A DNA stretch of 64,000 nt from Phycisphaerae bacterium (GTDB lineage Bacteria > Planctomycetota > Phycisphaerae > UBA1845), in contig JAJDDW010000114.1 in NCBI GenBank assembly GCA_029260115.1, positions 18,504 to 82,503 of the forward strand. The letters are read 5' to 3'. A model generated the notes under the pieces. The model searched no databases and was not told where the DNA came from. It was given only the letters and a program-made list of their open reading frames with translations. The position numbers and the translations under genes are program-made. Below are positions 19,727-29,380 of this stretch, piece after piece. Position 1 is the first letter of the stretch. Each line of letters opens with the position of its first letter.

Positions 19727-21031
19727 TTACCCGGAACGGTTTGTATGAACAAGTCGCTTGGCCTTCATATCGAACCGTGGCAATGTATCAGCCTTGACCG
19801 AAGCGACGTCGGGGCGAAATAACAGTTTATCCCGCACCTTATTGGCGATTCGATCTTCCAACCCGGCTACCATAGCCGAACTTATAGTCTCTATCTCAAT
19901 ACATAAATTGCAAATGCCGCCACTATGGTCAGCTATCAAGCGAAATTCCGCGACTTCGGAAAACTGACGAATGATAGCCTCGATCGCAGAAGGGAACACG
20001 TTATTGCCGCGAATAAAAAGCATATCATCAATACGCCCCTGAATCCCGCCTTCTAACCTAGCGAAACACCGGCCACAATCACATTGATCGCGTGTGAGAA
20101 CGACCAAATCGCCCGTTCGATATCGAATGACGGGGCTGGTGGATCTGCCCAACGTGGTCAATACTAATTCACCGGGCTGACCGTCAGCGACAGCCGTTTG
20201 CGTATCCGCATCGACGACCTCCGCGATAAATTCAGTTTCGATAACATGAACACCGCCCGGCGATTCGACACACTCAAAGCCCCACGCACCAGCTTCAGTC
20301 ATACCCGCGTGATCGAAAATCCTTGCCCCCCAGCCAGTCTCGATGCGCTGCCGAACGGCTGGAATGCTGCCGCCCGGCTCGCCGCCAACAATAATCATGC
20401 GCACAGCCGACGATGATAAATCGATCGACTCCTCAGAGGCGACATCTACCATGCGCATCGCGTAAGTCGGCGTGCAGCAAATGACCGTCGCGCGATTGTC
20501 TAAAATGTATTGCAAACGAGCCTTGGTTGTCATGCCGCCGGCAGCTAATACCCTATTGCCTAACATCTGCGCCGCATCGAAGGCCATCCAAAAACCTATG
20601 AATGGCCCAAACGAAAATGGAAACACAACGACATCGTCGTCTCGAAGACCTGCCGCCCTAAATACGATACTCCAGCACGTCTTGCACCAGGACCACGATT
20701 CCTCGCTATCAAGCCAGCGCAAAGGCTGCCCGCTTTTCGTACCAGACGTCTGATGTAATCGAACGCAATCACTCAACGCACACGAATGATTCGTACCATA
20801 AGGAGGATGAGCATCAATATCTGCCTGAATCTCCGATCGGGTCGTAAATGGCAAATGACTATACGAGTCTGAAAGCGGATCAAACGAAATGCCGCCGAGC
20901 TTGTGTTGATAAAATGGATTGTTCGCCCGCACGACATCCAGCAGCGCAGCTAGCTTGCGTCTTTGAAGTTGTTCGATCGAATCTCGATCCAACGTCTCTT
21001 GTTCAGCGCAATAATAAGGCATACGCGTCAA
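19727..21031 (-). CDS. Phenylacetate--CoA ligase family (PaaK-like) protein
   Basis: LHQTSGT, HAGMTE, RYRTGDL, GRIDDMLFIRGNNVFPS, LPRFDMKAKR. Confidence 0.9.
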   Translation of the reverse strand: MTRMPYYCAEQETLDRDSIEQLQRRKLAALLDVVRANNPFYQHKLGGISFDPLSDSYSHLPFTTRSEIQADIDAHPPYGTNHSCALSDCVRLHQTSGTKSGQPLRWLDSEESWSWCKTCWSIVFRAAGLRDDDVVVFPFSFGPFIGFWMAFDAAQMLGNRVLAAGGMTTKARLQYILDNRATVICCTPTYAMRMVDVASEESIDLSSSAVRMIIVGGEPGGSIPAVRQRIETGWGARIFDHAGMTEAGAWGFECVESPGGVHVIETEFIAEVVDADTQTAVADGQPGELVLTTLGRSTSPVIRYRTGDLVVLTRDQCDCGRCFARLEGGIQGRIDDMLFIRGNNVFPSAIEAIIRQFSEVAEFRLIADHSGGICNLCIEIETISSAMVAGLEDRIANKVRDKLLFRPDVASVKADTLPRFDMKAKRLVHTNRSG

Positions 21032-21265
21032 CTCTCAGCAACATCGGCGAACTAGGCAACACCCGCAATGGTCGGCAATCTGTCCACCACTTACGAACAA
21101 TTATCCATCTTCCCATTATCAGGCTATTATGGCAACGACCAACGAGTGTCTCATTGTGTAATTTTTCCTCACTACGCAGTAAGTTAACGAGACTCACAAC
21201 CAATGTGACATTCGTGATACTTGTTTACTAGCTGCTTTCCGGCATGTCTGGTTATGATGTCACAC

Positions 21266-22594
21266 ATGACTACTCCGCAGCACGTGGACTCAGCCAACAC
21301 ACCCATAAGCGTCGCCTACTTAATCGCTGGCGCAGGCGGCATGTATTGCGGTAGCTGTATGCGAGACAATCGCGTCGTAGCCAAGCTTAAATCGCTAGGC
21401 TATGACGTCACCCTAATCCCACTATACACACCCATCCGCACAGACGAAACGGATGTCAGCGAGCATCATGTCCACTACGGGGGCATCAACGTATTCCTGC
21501 AACAAAAATCAGCCATCTTTCGGCACACGCCTTGGTTCATGGATCGACTCCTCGACGCGCCGAGCCTACTGCGCGGTGTGGGCCGATTGGCGGCTAAGAC
21601 ACGGGCGGAGGATGTTGGCGCGTTAACCGTATCCGTCTTAGAAGGAAGCCACGGAGCACAGCGAAAGGAACTTAAAAAACTTATCGCCCACCTCAAGAAA
21701 ATGTCTCCTACGCTAGTGCATTTACCCAACCTCATGTTTGTAGGCATGGCCAACGAACTTAAAAAGGCTTTAGGCGTACCCGTGATATGTTCGCTCGCAG
21801 GCGAAGATGTTTTTATGGACGCACTTCCAGAAAATCACCGCGACCGATGCTTCTCTTTAGTACGTGAGGGTGCGGGCTATATCGACGGTTACATCTCACC
21901 TACAAGCTACTACGCTCAGCACGCCGCTACCCATTTTGGCATTCCAACCGAGCGCATCCACCAGACTGTCATGGGCATCGCCGTAGACGACTTTCCGCAA
22001 GCACAGCCAATTGACGCCCCCTTTACAGTCGGATATCTCGCCCGCATCTGCCCCGAAAAAGGCTTGGCTAACTTAGCGGAAGCGTTCGCCTTGCTGTGTC
22101 AATCCCGCCCCAACAGCCGACTGCGCATCGCGGGGTATTTAGGCGGCGCGGATCAACCATATTGGAATGAGATAGAATCATTCCTTCATAAAAAAAAATT
22201 GACCAGCCAAGTCGACTTTTTGGGCGAAGTGGATCGAGCTGGCAAGTTGTCCATGCTGCAATCGCTCCATGTGTTATCTACGCCAACGACCTACGCGGAA
22301 GCAAAAGGCTTCTACATTCTCGAAGCCTTAGCCTGTGGCGTACCCGTCATTCAACCACGACACGGCGCATTCCCCGAAATCCTCACAGCTACCGGCGGGG
22401 GCCTGCTATACAGACCTGGCGATACGCAAGCACTGGCTACGGCGCTCATCGAATTGCATGATAACCCAGCCAAACGTAAGGCAATGGGCGACGCGGGCAG
22501 AGAAGCAGTAGCGAATTCCTATACTGACGATTTGATGGCTACCCAAACGTGGTCAATCTACGCATCGATTGTCAAACAAGCCCGTGGTGCATAA
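21266..22594 (+). CDS. Glycosyltransferase family 4 (GT-B) protein
   Basis: GYLARICPEKG and EAKGFYILEALACGVPVI (EX7E). Start uncertain (21221-21266). Confidence 0.88.
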   Translation: MTTPQHVDSANTPISVAYLIAGAGGMYCGSCMRDNRVVAKLKSLGYDVTLIPLYTPIRTDETDVSEHHVHYGGINVFLQQKSAIFRHTPWFMDRLLDAPSLLRGVGRLAAKTRAEDVGALTVSVLEGSHGAQRKELKKLIAHLKKMSPTLVHLPNLMFVGMANELKKALGVPVICSLAGEDVFMDALPENHRDRCFSLVREGAGYIDGYISPTSYYAQHAATHFGIPTERIHQTVMGIAVDDFPQAQPIDAPFTVGYLARICPEKGLANLAEAFALLCQSRPNSRLRIAGYLGGADQPYWNEIESFLHKKKLTSQVDFLGEVDRAGKLSMLQSLHVLSTPTTYAEAKGFYILEALACGVPVIQPRHGAFPEILTATGGGLLYRPGDTQALATALIELHDNPAKRKAMGDAGREAVANSYTDDLMATQTWSIYASIVKQARGA

Positions 22595-22633
22595 CCTTAT
22601 CTAAGCGAACGAATCGTAACAGGACGAACCCTT

Positions 22634-23308
22634 ATGAGCCAAGCTATCTTCGACGGTGTGAGTAAAACATATCCTTCGGGCACCGACAGCCTGACGGTGC
22701 TGCGCGATGTGTCCTTAACATTCCAAGCTGGCGAATCCGTCGCGATCATGGGGCCTTCCGGCGCAGGCAAGAGTACATTACTCAACATCCTAGGCACACT
22801 TGAAACACCGACGAGCGGACACGTTACGATTAACCAACATGACCCGTTTTCACTTTCCGAAAAAGCCCTAGCCGGTTTTCGCAATGAATCCATTGGCTTT
22901 ATCTTTCAAGATCACCACTTACTACCGCAATGCACTGCTTTGGAAAATGTCCTGCTGCCGACGTTGGTGTCGTCAGATCGTTCGTCTGCGATTGATCGCG
23001 CTCATTCGCTTCTTGAAAAAGTTGGCCTAGCAGATCGACTCGATCATAAGCCCGCAGCGCTTTCAGGCGGCGAACGACAGCGCGTCGCCATTGCGCGTGC
23101 CCTCATCAATCGTCCCGCCTTGCTCTTGGCTGATGAACCCACTGGAAATCTCGACCGAGGCACAGCCGGCCGCGTGGTCGAGATGATTTTCGAATTACAG
23201 CGTCAAGAAGGCGTCACCTTAGTGTGCGTCACCCACGATGATTCACTAGCGGCGCGTTTCGACCGTCGCCTAGAACTAGTCGATGGGTCGCTGAATACTA
23301 ACAAGTAG
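22634..23308 (+). CDS. ABC transporter ATP-binding protein, LolD/MacB-like
   Basis: GPSGAGKST, LSGGERQRVA, LLADEPTGNLD, VTHD. Confidence 0.95.
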   Translation: MSQAIFDGVSKTYPSGTDSLTVLRDVSLTFQAGESVAIMGPSGAGKSTLLNILGTLETPTSGHVTINQHDPFSLSEKALAGFRNESIGFIFQDHHLLPQCTALENVLLPTLVSSDRSSAIDRAHSLLEKVGLADRLDHKPAALSGGERQRVAIARALINRPALLLADEPTGNLDRGTAGRVVEMIFELQRQEGVTLVCVTHDDSLAARFDRRLELVDGSLNTNK

Positions 23309-23318
23309 GAACGTCTGC

Positions 23319-26300
23319 GTGAGCATATTCAGTTTAATATTCAGCAGCCTGCGTCATCACTATCGGGCCCACCTAGCCGTGGCCATGGGCGTGGTTGTAG
23401 CCACCGCTACGTTGGCGGGTGCGATGATTGTCGGCGATTCTATGCGTGATAGCCTGCGTAACGTAGCTATTGGCCGACTAGGCCCAGTCACGCACGCCAT
23501 GACCTCGACGCGGTTTTTTAGCGATTCGTTGATTGATACGCTACGCGGGCAAGAGAATTTCGACAAACTTTTTTCCAGCGGCTTTTCAGCTATTTTAATG
23601 CCGGGCGGCATAGCTAACGCCGATAGCGGCGCTCGCGCCAATCGCATTCAAATCGTCAGCTTTTCTGGCGGCGAAGTGATGCTCAATAATCGGCTGGCGT
23701 CAGAGATTGGCGTACAGGTTGGCGACGACATTTTGGTTCGGCTAGGAAAACCCAGCGCGATTTCTACGGAGACTCTGCTTGGCCGACGCGATGATACTAC
23801 GACGACAGTTCGACTGACCGTGGCCAAGTTAGCCAAAGACAACGACTACGCCGACTTTGGCCTTGACCCGCGCCAGTCCGCACCTCGAAATGTATTTATT
23901 CCGCTAGAATATCTTCAACGCACGCTAGGGCAAAGGGGACGGGCGAATACGATATTGTTGGTCGCTCAGCAGAACAACGAAGCCCAGCCTGCGCAACATT
24001 GGCTAACCGCTGCGCTGCAAAAATCGGTATCGCTCGAAGACTATGGTCTAACTTTACGCACGGATGAATCGCGACGCTATCTTTCGCTTGACAGCGAAGC
24101 CATGATGCTTGATCCAACCGTTGAATCGGCTGCGGAGTCTGTTAGTAATCAGTCACAGCTTTCGACCTCCCTGATTATCACTTACCTAGCGAATACCATT
24201 GCATTAGCTCCGTCGAAAGCGGACATACAACCGCCACCCAAGCCTCTCTCTGGAATCCCCTATTCCACAGTGGTTGCTGTTCAGCCCCATACAAACAGTG
24301 CAATTAACTTGACACTAACGGACTCTAGCGTCGTTAATAGCATCCCAAGCGGCAGCCTTTTGCTCAACGAATGGGCAGCTTCGGACTTAGGTGCAGCGGT
24401 AGGTCAATCCGTTGAGTTGACCTATTATGTGACCGGTGATTTCGGTCAGTTAAAAACTGTCACCTCAACCTTTCGTCTTCACGGCGTCGTGCAGGATAAT
24501 CCACAGTCTTTGGACCGAGGCTTCATACCGGCTTATCCCGGCATTACAGATGCAAAAAGCCTGACTGATTGGGATCCGCCCTTCCCGGTTGATCTCAAAC
24601 GAGTGCGCGATAAAGATGATGACTACTGGGAAAAACATGGCCCATCACCCAAAGCATTCATTTCTCTGGAAGATGGCAGACGCTTGTGGGCAGAAAAAGG
24701 TGAATCGCGTGCTCGGGCAACATCCGTGCGCTTTCATGTGCCAGCAGAACAGTCCATTGTAACGACCAATGAGCAAATAACGCAGCGACTGCTAGCAACG
24801 CTAAGACCTGCACAACAGGGTCTAAGTTTCGAGGCTGTTCGCGACAAAGCCATCACCGCCAGTTCCGGAAGCACGGATTTTGGGGGGCTGTTTATCGGCT
24901 TTAGTCTCTTCCTCATTGCGTCCTCAGTCATGCTCGTAGCCCTACTATTTAGGTTGGGCATTGAGCATCGCGTGAAAGATGTCGGTATTCTCTCAGCCGT
25001 TGGCATCCCTGCTAGTACTATACTACGACTGCTCTTAGCGGAAGGGGCCGTCGTCATTATGGTCAGCGCCTTAGTCGGCCTAGCTGGGGCGGCGGGCTAT
25101 GCCTGGCTTATGCTCACGGGATTACGCACCTCGTGGTCAGCCGCAGCTAATGCGCCGTTCTTAACATTATCCTTATCCCCGACCACGATGTGCATAGGCT
25201 ATGTCGCCAGCAGTGTCGTAGCCTTGGCATCCATCACCAAAGCCGTCTGGGACATCAAGCGAAGTTCCACCCGGGCTATGCTATCTGGAATTATCCGGCC
25301 AGTTGCCCCCAAACATAAAAACTCCCGCAAGAAATGGACTATCGTTGCCGGTTCAACAGGCATTATGGCTATATCACTTATGGTGCTACCCACGTTTGCA
25401 GAGGTGCTCCCCCCAGCCATCGCGTTTTTTCTTAGTGGCGCATCATTGCTAGTGATGATGCTCGCACTTATCAGTGGATGGTTGAATAAAAATCAGCGTA
25501 ACACAATAAAGGGTGGCGGCACGGCATCGTTGTGCTTGCTCGGCATACGCAACGCCCCACGTCATGCCGGGCGTAGCTTATTGATTGCCTCACTCATTGC
25601 ATCCGCGACTTTTCTGGTCACGGCCTTGGAAGCCTTCCATCTCGACGCCACGACGGACGTAACCAAAAAGGATTCCGGCAGTGGCGGCTTTTCGCTCATG
25701 GCAGAGTCCACGCTCGCACTACCCTACGACCTCAACACAGCCGGCGGACGAGAGGCCCTAAATGTCACCGAGCAGGCCAGTCAATCGCTAGCCTCGACAT
25801 CCACATACGCCATGCGATTGCGACCTGGCGACGCGTCGAGCTGTCTAAATTTGTACATGCCATCCGACCCGCGACTAGCTGGCGTTCCAGACGAGTTCAT
25901 CAAGCGTGGCGGATTTCTTTTTTCCAAGTCAATCGCAGAAACCCAAGAAGAGCTTGAAAACCCTTGGCTATTATTGCAACGCACCCTCGACGATGGCGCA
26001 ATCCCTGTCATCGGCGACGAAAACGCTGTGCTATGGCAGTGGCACCTGGGGCTGGGAAAAGATTTAATCATGCAAAGCGAGCAAGGCCAAGAGGTTACGC
26101 TGCGCTTTGTCGCTCTACTTAGCGGGAGCATTCTTCAAGATGAACTCATCATCGCGGAATCTCGTTTTACTAAACTCTTCCCATCCATTCACGGACATAG
26201 CCTATTTCTCATAGAAGCACCACTGGCCAGCAGTGCATCCGTCAGCCAACTATTAGAATTCCAATTGCAAGCGTTTTCGTTTGACGTGTCGTCAAGTCAG

Positions 26301-26714
26301 CAACGACTAACCGAATTCCTAGCCGTCCAAAACACGTACTTGGGCACTTTCCAAACGCTCGGCGGCTTAGGTTTAATACTCGGCACGATAGGCCTTGTGG
26401 TGGTTTTACTTCGCAACGTATGGGAGCGTCGCGGAGAATTAGCGTTGATGCGTGCTCTAGGATTTACGCATCGCAGCTTAGGTTGGATGGTCTTAGCCGA
26501 AAACACCACCCTAGTCGTCCTGGGCCTTGCCGCCGGAGTCATACCCGCAGCCGTAGCCATCGCCCCCCATCTCATCAACAGACCGCAAGCGATACCTTGG
26601 TTATCCATCAGCATTACCATATTGGGTACGCTTATCGTAGGCATAGGCGGCGGAGCAGCCGCATTGATCCCAACCTTGAAAACTCCTTTACTACCAGCCC
26701 TGCGCTCGGAGTAA
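23319..26714 (+). CDS. ABC transporter permease with duplicated FtsX/MacB-type domains
   Basis: Two permease halves (RVKDVGILSAVG; RRGELALMRALGF), each preceded by a large periplasmic region; 1131 aa. Confidence 0.9.
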   Translation: MSIFSLIFSSLRHHYRAHLAVAMGVVVATATLAGAMIVGDSMRDSLRNVAIGRLGPVTHAMTSTRFFSDSLIDTLRGQENFDKLFSSGFSAILMPGGIANADSGARANRIQIVSFSGGEVMLNNRLASEIGVQVGDDILVRLGKPSAISTETLLGRRDDTTTTVRLTVAKLAKDNDYADFGLDPRQSAPRNVFIPLEYLQRTLGQRGRANTILLVAQQNNEAQPAQHWLTAALQKSVSLEDYGLTLRTDESRRYLSLDSEAMMLDPTVESAAESVSNQSQLSTSLIITYLANTIALAPSKADIQPPPKPLSGIPYSTVVAVQPHTNSAINLTLTDSSVVNSIPSGSLLLNEWAASDLGAAVGQSVELTYYVTGDFGQLKTVTSTFRLHGVVQDNPQSLDRGFIPAYPGITDAKSLTDWDPPFPVDLKRVRDKDDDYWEKHGPSPKAFISLEDGRRLWAEKGESRARATSVRFHVPAEQSIVTTNEQITQRLLATLRPAQQGLSFEAVRDKAITASSGSTDFGGLFIGFSLFLIASSVMLVALLFRLGIEHRVKDVGILSAVGIPASTILRLLLAEGAVVIMVSALVGLAGAAGYAWLMLTGLRTSWSAAANAPFLTLSLSPTTMCIGYVASSVVALASITKAVWDIKRSSTRAMLSGIIRPVAPKHKNSRKKWTIVAGSTGIMAISLMVLPTFAEVLPPAIAFFLSGASLLVMMLALISGWLNKNQRNTIKGGGTASLCLLGIRNAPRHAGRSLLIASLIASATFLVTALEAFHLDATTDVTKKDSGSGGFSLMAESTLALPYDLNTAGGREALNVTEQASQSLASTSTYAMRLRPGDASSCLNLYMPSDPRLAGVPDEFIKRGGFLFSKSIAETQEELENPWLLLQRTLDDGAIPVIGDENAVLWQWHLGLGKDLIMQSEQGQEVTLRFVALLSGSILQDELIIAESRFTKLFPSIHGHSLFLIEAPLASSASVSQLLEFQLQAFSFDVSSSQQRLTEFLAVQNTYLGTFQTLGGLGLILGTIGLVVVLLRNVWERRGELALMRALGFTHRSLGWMVLAENTTLVVLGLAAGVIPAAVAIAPHLINRPQAIPWLSISITILGTLIVGIGGGAAALIPTLKTPLLPALRSE

Positions 26715-26764
26715 CGTAATTCGCTCATTGAAACATCATTCTTCTACAAAGGAACGGCCAGAAA

Positions 26765-27145
26765 ATGGAACAGCAAAAACCAAAAATCTTAGACGTCGGG
26801 CAATGCGACCTAGACCACGGAAACATTTCTCGCATGTTACAATCGTCATTGCAAGCTGATGTCGATCGAGCGCACAATATGTCGCAGGCCTTGTCAGCCA
26901 TTCGCGACCACGATTACAACCTTGTACTCGTGAACCGCATCTTCGACGCCGACGGACAGGAAGGTCAGGAACTTATTAGCCAAGTCAAAGAGGCTTCTTT
27001 CGGTAAATATGTTAAAATTATGCTGGTCAGCAACTTCGATGACGCGCAAGATGCAGCCATAGCGCTCGGCGCGGTACGAGGCTTCGGGAAAAATGCCATT
27101 GGCGAGCCAGCGACGATCGAGCTACTTCAGGCGTCAATTACCTAA
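26765..27145 (+). CDS. Single-domain CheY-like receiver protein, degenerate
   Basis: Receiver topology KILDVG...YNLVLVNRIFDADGQEGQELI...IMLVS...GAVRGFGK. Confidence 0.72.
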   Translation: MEQQKPKILDVGQCDLDHGNISRMLQSSLQADVDRAHNMSQALSAIRDHDYNLVLVNRIFDADGQEGQELISQVKEASFGKYVKIMLVSNFDDAQDAAIALGAVRGFGKNAIGEPATIELLQASIT

Positions 27146-27232
27146 CGCCTACCCACCAGGCAGAGTAGCCATCACCGTTAACGGCACATACAATTGACCT
27201 AACAGAGGTAATGTTATCTGGGAGAATGCAAT

Positions 27233-27805
27233 ATGGCCACGAGAAGAATATTATTGAATGTAGTCTTAGCATCACTTGTTTTCGGTTGTGCCGCACAAAC
27301 CCTGATGGCAGACGAAACAGGAAAGACGAAACAGAACATCGAGAATAAGCCCTCAACAGCGACCGATCGCTCACAACTCGAAAAGAAATTCGAGTCATTA
27401 CTTTCGAATGCTGTACTTGAGGGCTTGTGGCAAATGACTGGAGAAGGCGGATTGCAAAGCAAGCTGCCTCTCACGACGCCAAGACCAGAACGATACACCA
27501 TCGTCAGCGCCAGCAAAATCGGTGAAAACGATTGGCTTATACAAGCACGCGTCGAGATTGCCGAAGACAAGGATGTAACGATCCCGGTTCCAGTGCGCGT
27601 CCTCTGGGCCGGAGATACGCCGGTGATCACGCTAGACGAAATCGCCATTCCCATCCTGGGCACGTATTCCGCCAGAGTGATGATGCACAGCCAATTTTAT
27701 AGCGGCGTATGGTGGTCCTACGCCAAGAATTACGGCGGCACCATGGCTGGTCGAATCATCAAAGCTGCGCCCCGCGGCGCAGCTTCAGACCAAGACCATA
27801 AATAA
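27233..27805 (+). CDS. Secreted hypothetical protein
   Basis: N-terminal signal peptide and beta-rich mature part; GGAG upstream of the start. Confidence 0.7.
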   Translation: MATRRILLNVVLASLVFGCAAQTLMADETGKTKQNIENKPSTATDRSQLEKKFESLLSNAVLEGLWQMTGEGGLQSKLPLTTPRPERYTIVSASKIGENDWLIQARVEIAEDKDVTIPVPVRVLWAGDTPVITLDEIAIPILGTYSARVMMHSQFYSGVWWSYAKNYGGTMAGRIIKAAPRGAASDQDHK

Positions 27806-27844
27806 CCAGCGAAAAACTGTCGCGGAACAGCGCTGAAGCGTCCG

Positions 27845-29152
27845 TTAAAAACGCTGACGCGAAGCTTCTGCAACCTTGGCTAGCGCGACAGCATAAGCGG
27901 CCATCCGTAGCGGAATTTTTTCGTCGGTGTGTCGTTGGTGAACGGCGTTCCAAGCTTTGACCATACGCAACTCTAATTCATGGTTCACCTTATCCAGATC
28001 CCAATTGAATTGTTGCAGGTTTTGTACCCATTCAAAATAGGATACAGTCACACCGCCAGCGTTCGCTAAAATATCTGGTACGATGCGGATGCCCTTGCTG
28101 CGAAATTTTTCATCAGCAAAAGGCGTCACAGGCGAATTCGCCGCCTCAACAACAAGTTTTGCTTTTACGTCATCCACATTTTTTTCGGTAATCGCGCCGC
28201 CCAGTGCAGCCGGAATAAGCACGTCCACGTTCAGCGTGAGAAGTTCCTCGTTAGTTACATCCTGCGTGCCTGGCATGTCCACAACTGAGCCGGTGCTATT
28301 CAAGTGAGTAAAGACTTTTTCTATATCCAGCCCTTTCTCCGCGTAGATACCACCCTTCACATCTGAAACTGCCACGATTTTCGCGCCGAGGTTTGAGATC
28401 AAGCGTGCAGCCCATGACCCTACGTTACCAAAGCCTTGTATGGCGACGCGCGCGTTCTTTATGTCCATGCCGAAAGCCTTGCAAGCTTCGCGGGTAATAA
28501 TCATCACCCCACGCCCCGTAGCCTCATCTCGTCCAAGAGATCCGCCAAGGTTAACCGGCTTACCCGTAACGATAGCCGGAGTATATCCATGCTTCTTGCC
28601 ATACTCATCCATGATCCAGGCCATGACTTGCGCATTCGTACCAACATCCGGAGCAGGTATGTCACGGTACACGCCAAGGGCCATATCGATTTTTTGCGCG
28701 AATCCGCGCGTCAGACTTTGCAACTCCTTACGACTCATATTTGTTGGATCGCAGGTAATACCGCCCTTCGCACCCCCGAAAGGAACGTCTACGAGCGCAG
28801 TCTTCCACGTCATCAGTGCAGCCAATGACCTCACTTCGTTAAGGTCTACCTTGTGGTGATAACGGATACCACCTTTATAAGGACCACGAACCGCATTGTG
28901 CTGTACACGAAAACCGTGAAACAATTCCAAGCTGCCATTGTCCATGCGTACAGGTATCTGAACGATCAGCTCTCGATAAGGCGTGCGTAGCAAAAGCTGA
29001 ATCTCGCGATCCAGCTTCATATGGTCCGCCGCTGCTTGAAATTGCTCGTTAGCAATTTGATTGAAATTCAAGTGCGGCGCGGCAGGTCGAACGTTGGCAG
29101 CATCCCCAACAGGCGCAGCAGGGCTTGGTGCAATAGTGGCGGTGGTCATCAC
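27845..29152 (-). CDS. gdhA: Glu/Leu/Phe/Val dehydrogenase (glutamate dehydrogenase)
   Basis: GPYKGGIRY, PFGGAKGG, DIPAPDVGT, QGFGNVG, ANAGGVTVSYFEW. Confidence 0.93.
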   Translation of the reverse strand: MMTTATIAPSPAAPVGDAANVRPAAPHLNFNQIANEQFQAAADHMKLDREIQLLLRTPYRELIVQIPVRMDNGSLELFHGFRVQHNAVRGPYKGGIRYHHKVDLNEVRSLAALMTWKTALVDVPFGGAKGGITCDPTNMSRKELQSLTRGFAQKIDMALGVYRDIPAPDVGTNAQVMAWIMDEYGKKHGYTPAIVTGKPVNLGGSLGRDEATGRGVMIITREACKAFGMDIKNARVAIQGFGNVGSWAARLISNLGAKIVAVSDVKGGIYAEKGLDIEKVFTHLNSTGSVVDMPGTQDVTNEELLTLNVDVLIPAALGGAITEKNVDDVKAKLVVEAANSPVTPFADEKFRSKGIRIVPDILANAGGVTVSYFEWVQNLQQFNWDLDKVNHELELRMVKAWNAVHQRHTDEKIPLRMAAYAVALAKVAEASRQRF

Positions 29153-29299
29153 GAGAAATCCTTATATATAATAGCGAAGCAAACAATAAAAACTACGCAC
29201 GTCACCCGGAAAGATCGACGCAATCAAAGTCGTAATTCACTTGAAATTAATAAAGAACCGGAAAGAAGTTAGTCGTTTTCGGACGCTACACGCCCGAGC

Positions 29300-29331
29300 A
29301 TTATCATGCAGTGATAATCCGCAAAATTATC
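29300..29331. promoter_or_regulatory. Overlapping inverted repeats ATTATCA-N5-TGATAAT and GATAAT-N7-ATTATC (Fur-box-like operator) upstream of gdhA
   Basis: Read directly in the sequence; 13/19 match to the classical Fur box GATAATGATAATCATTATC. Confidence 0.45.
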
Positions 29332-29380
29332 GGAGATACGAATTGTCATGACGTCAAATTCCACAAGCTGAGCTTGAAGA

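Noticed and set aside
19727-21031. Calling the CoA ligase paaK of phenylacetate catabolism
   Set aside because: No other paa genes are nearby and the substrate cannot be inferred from sequence.
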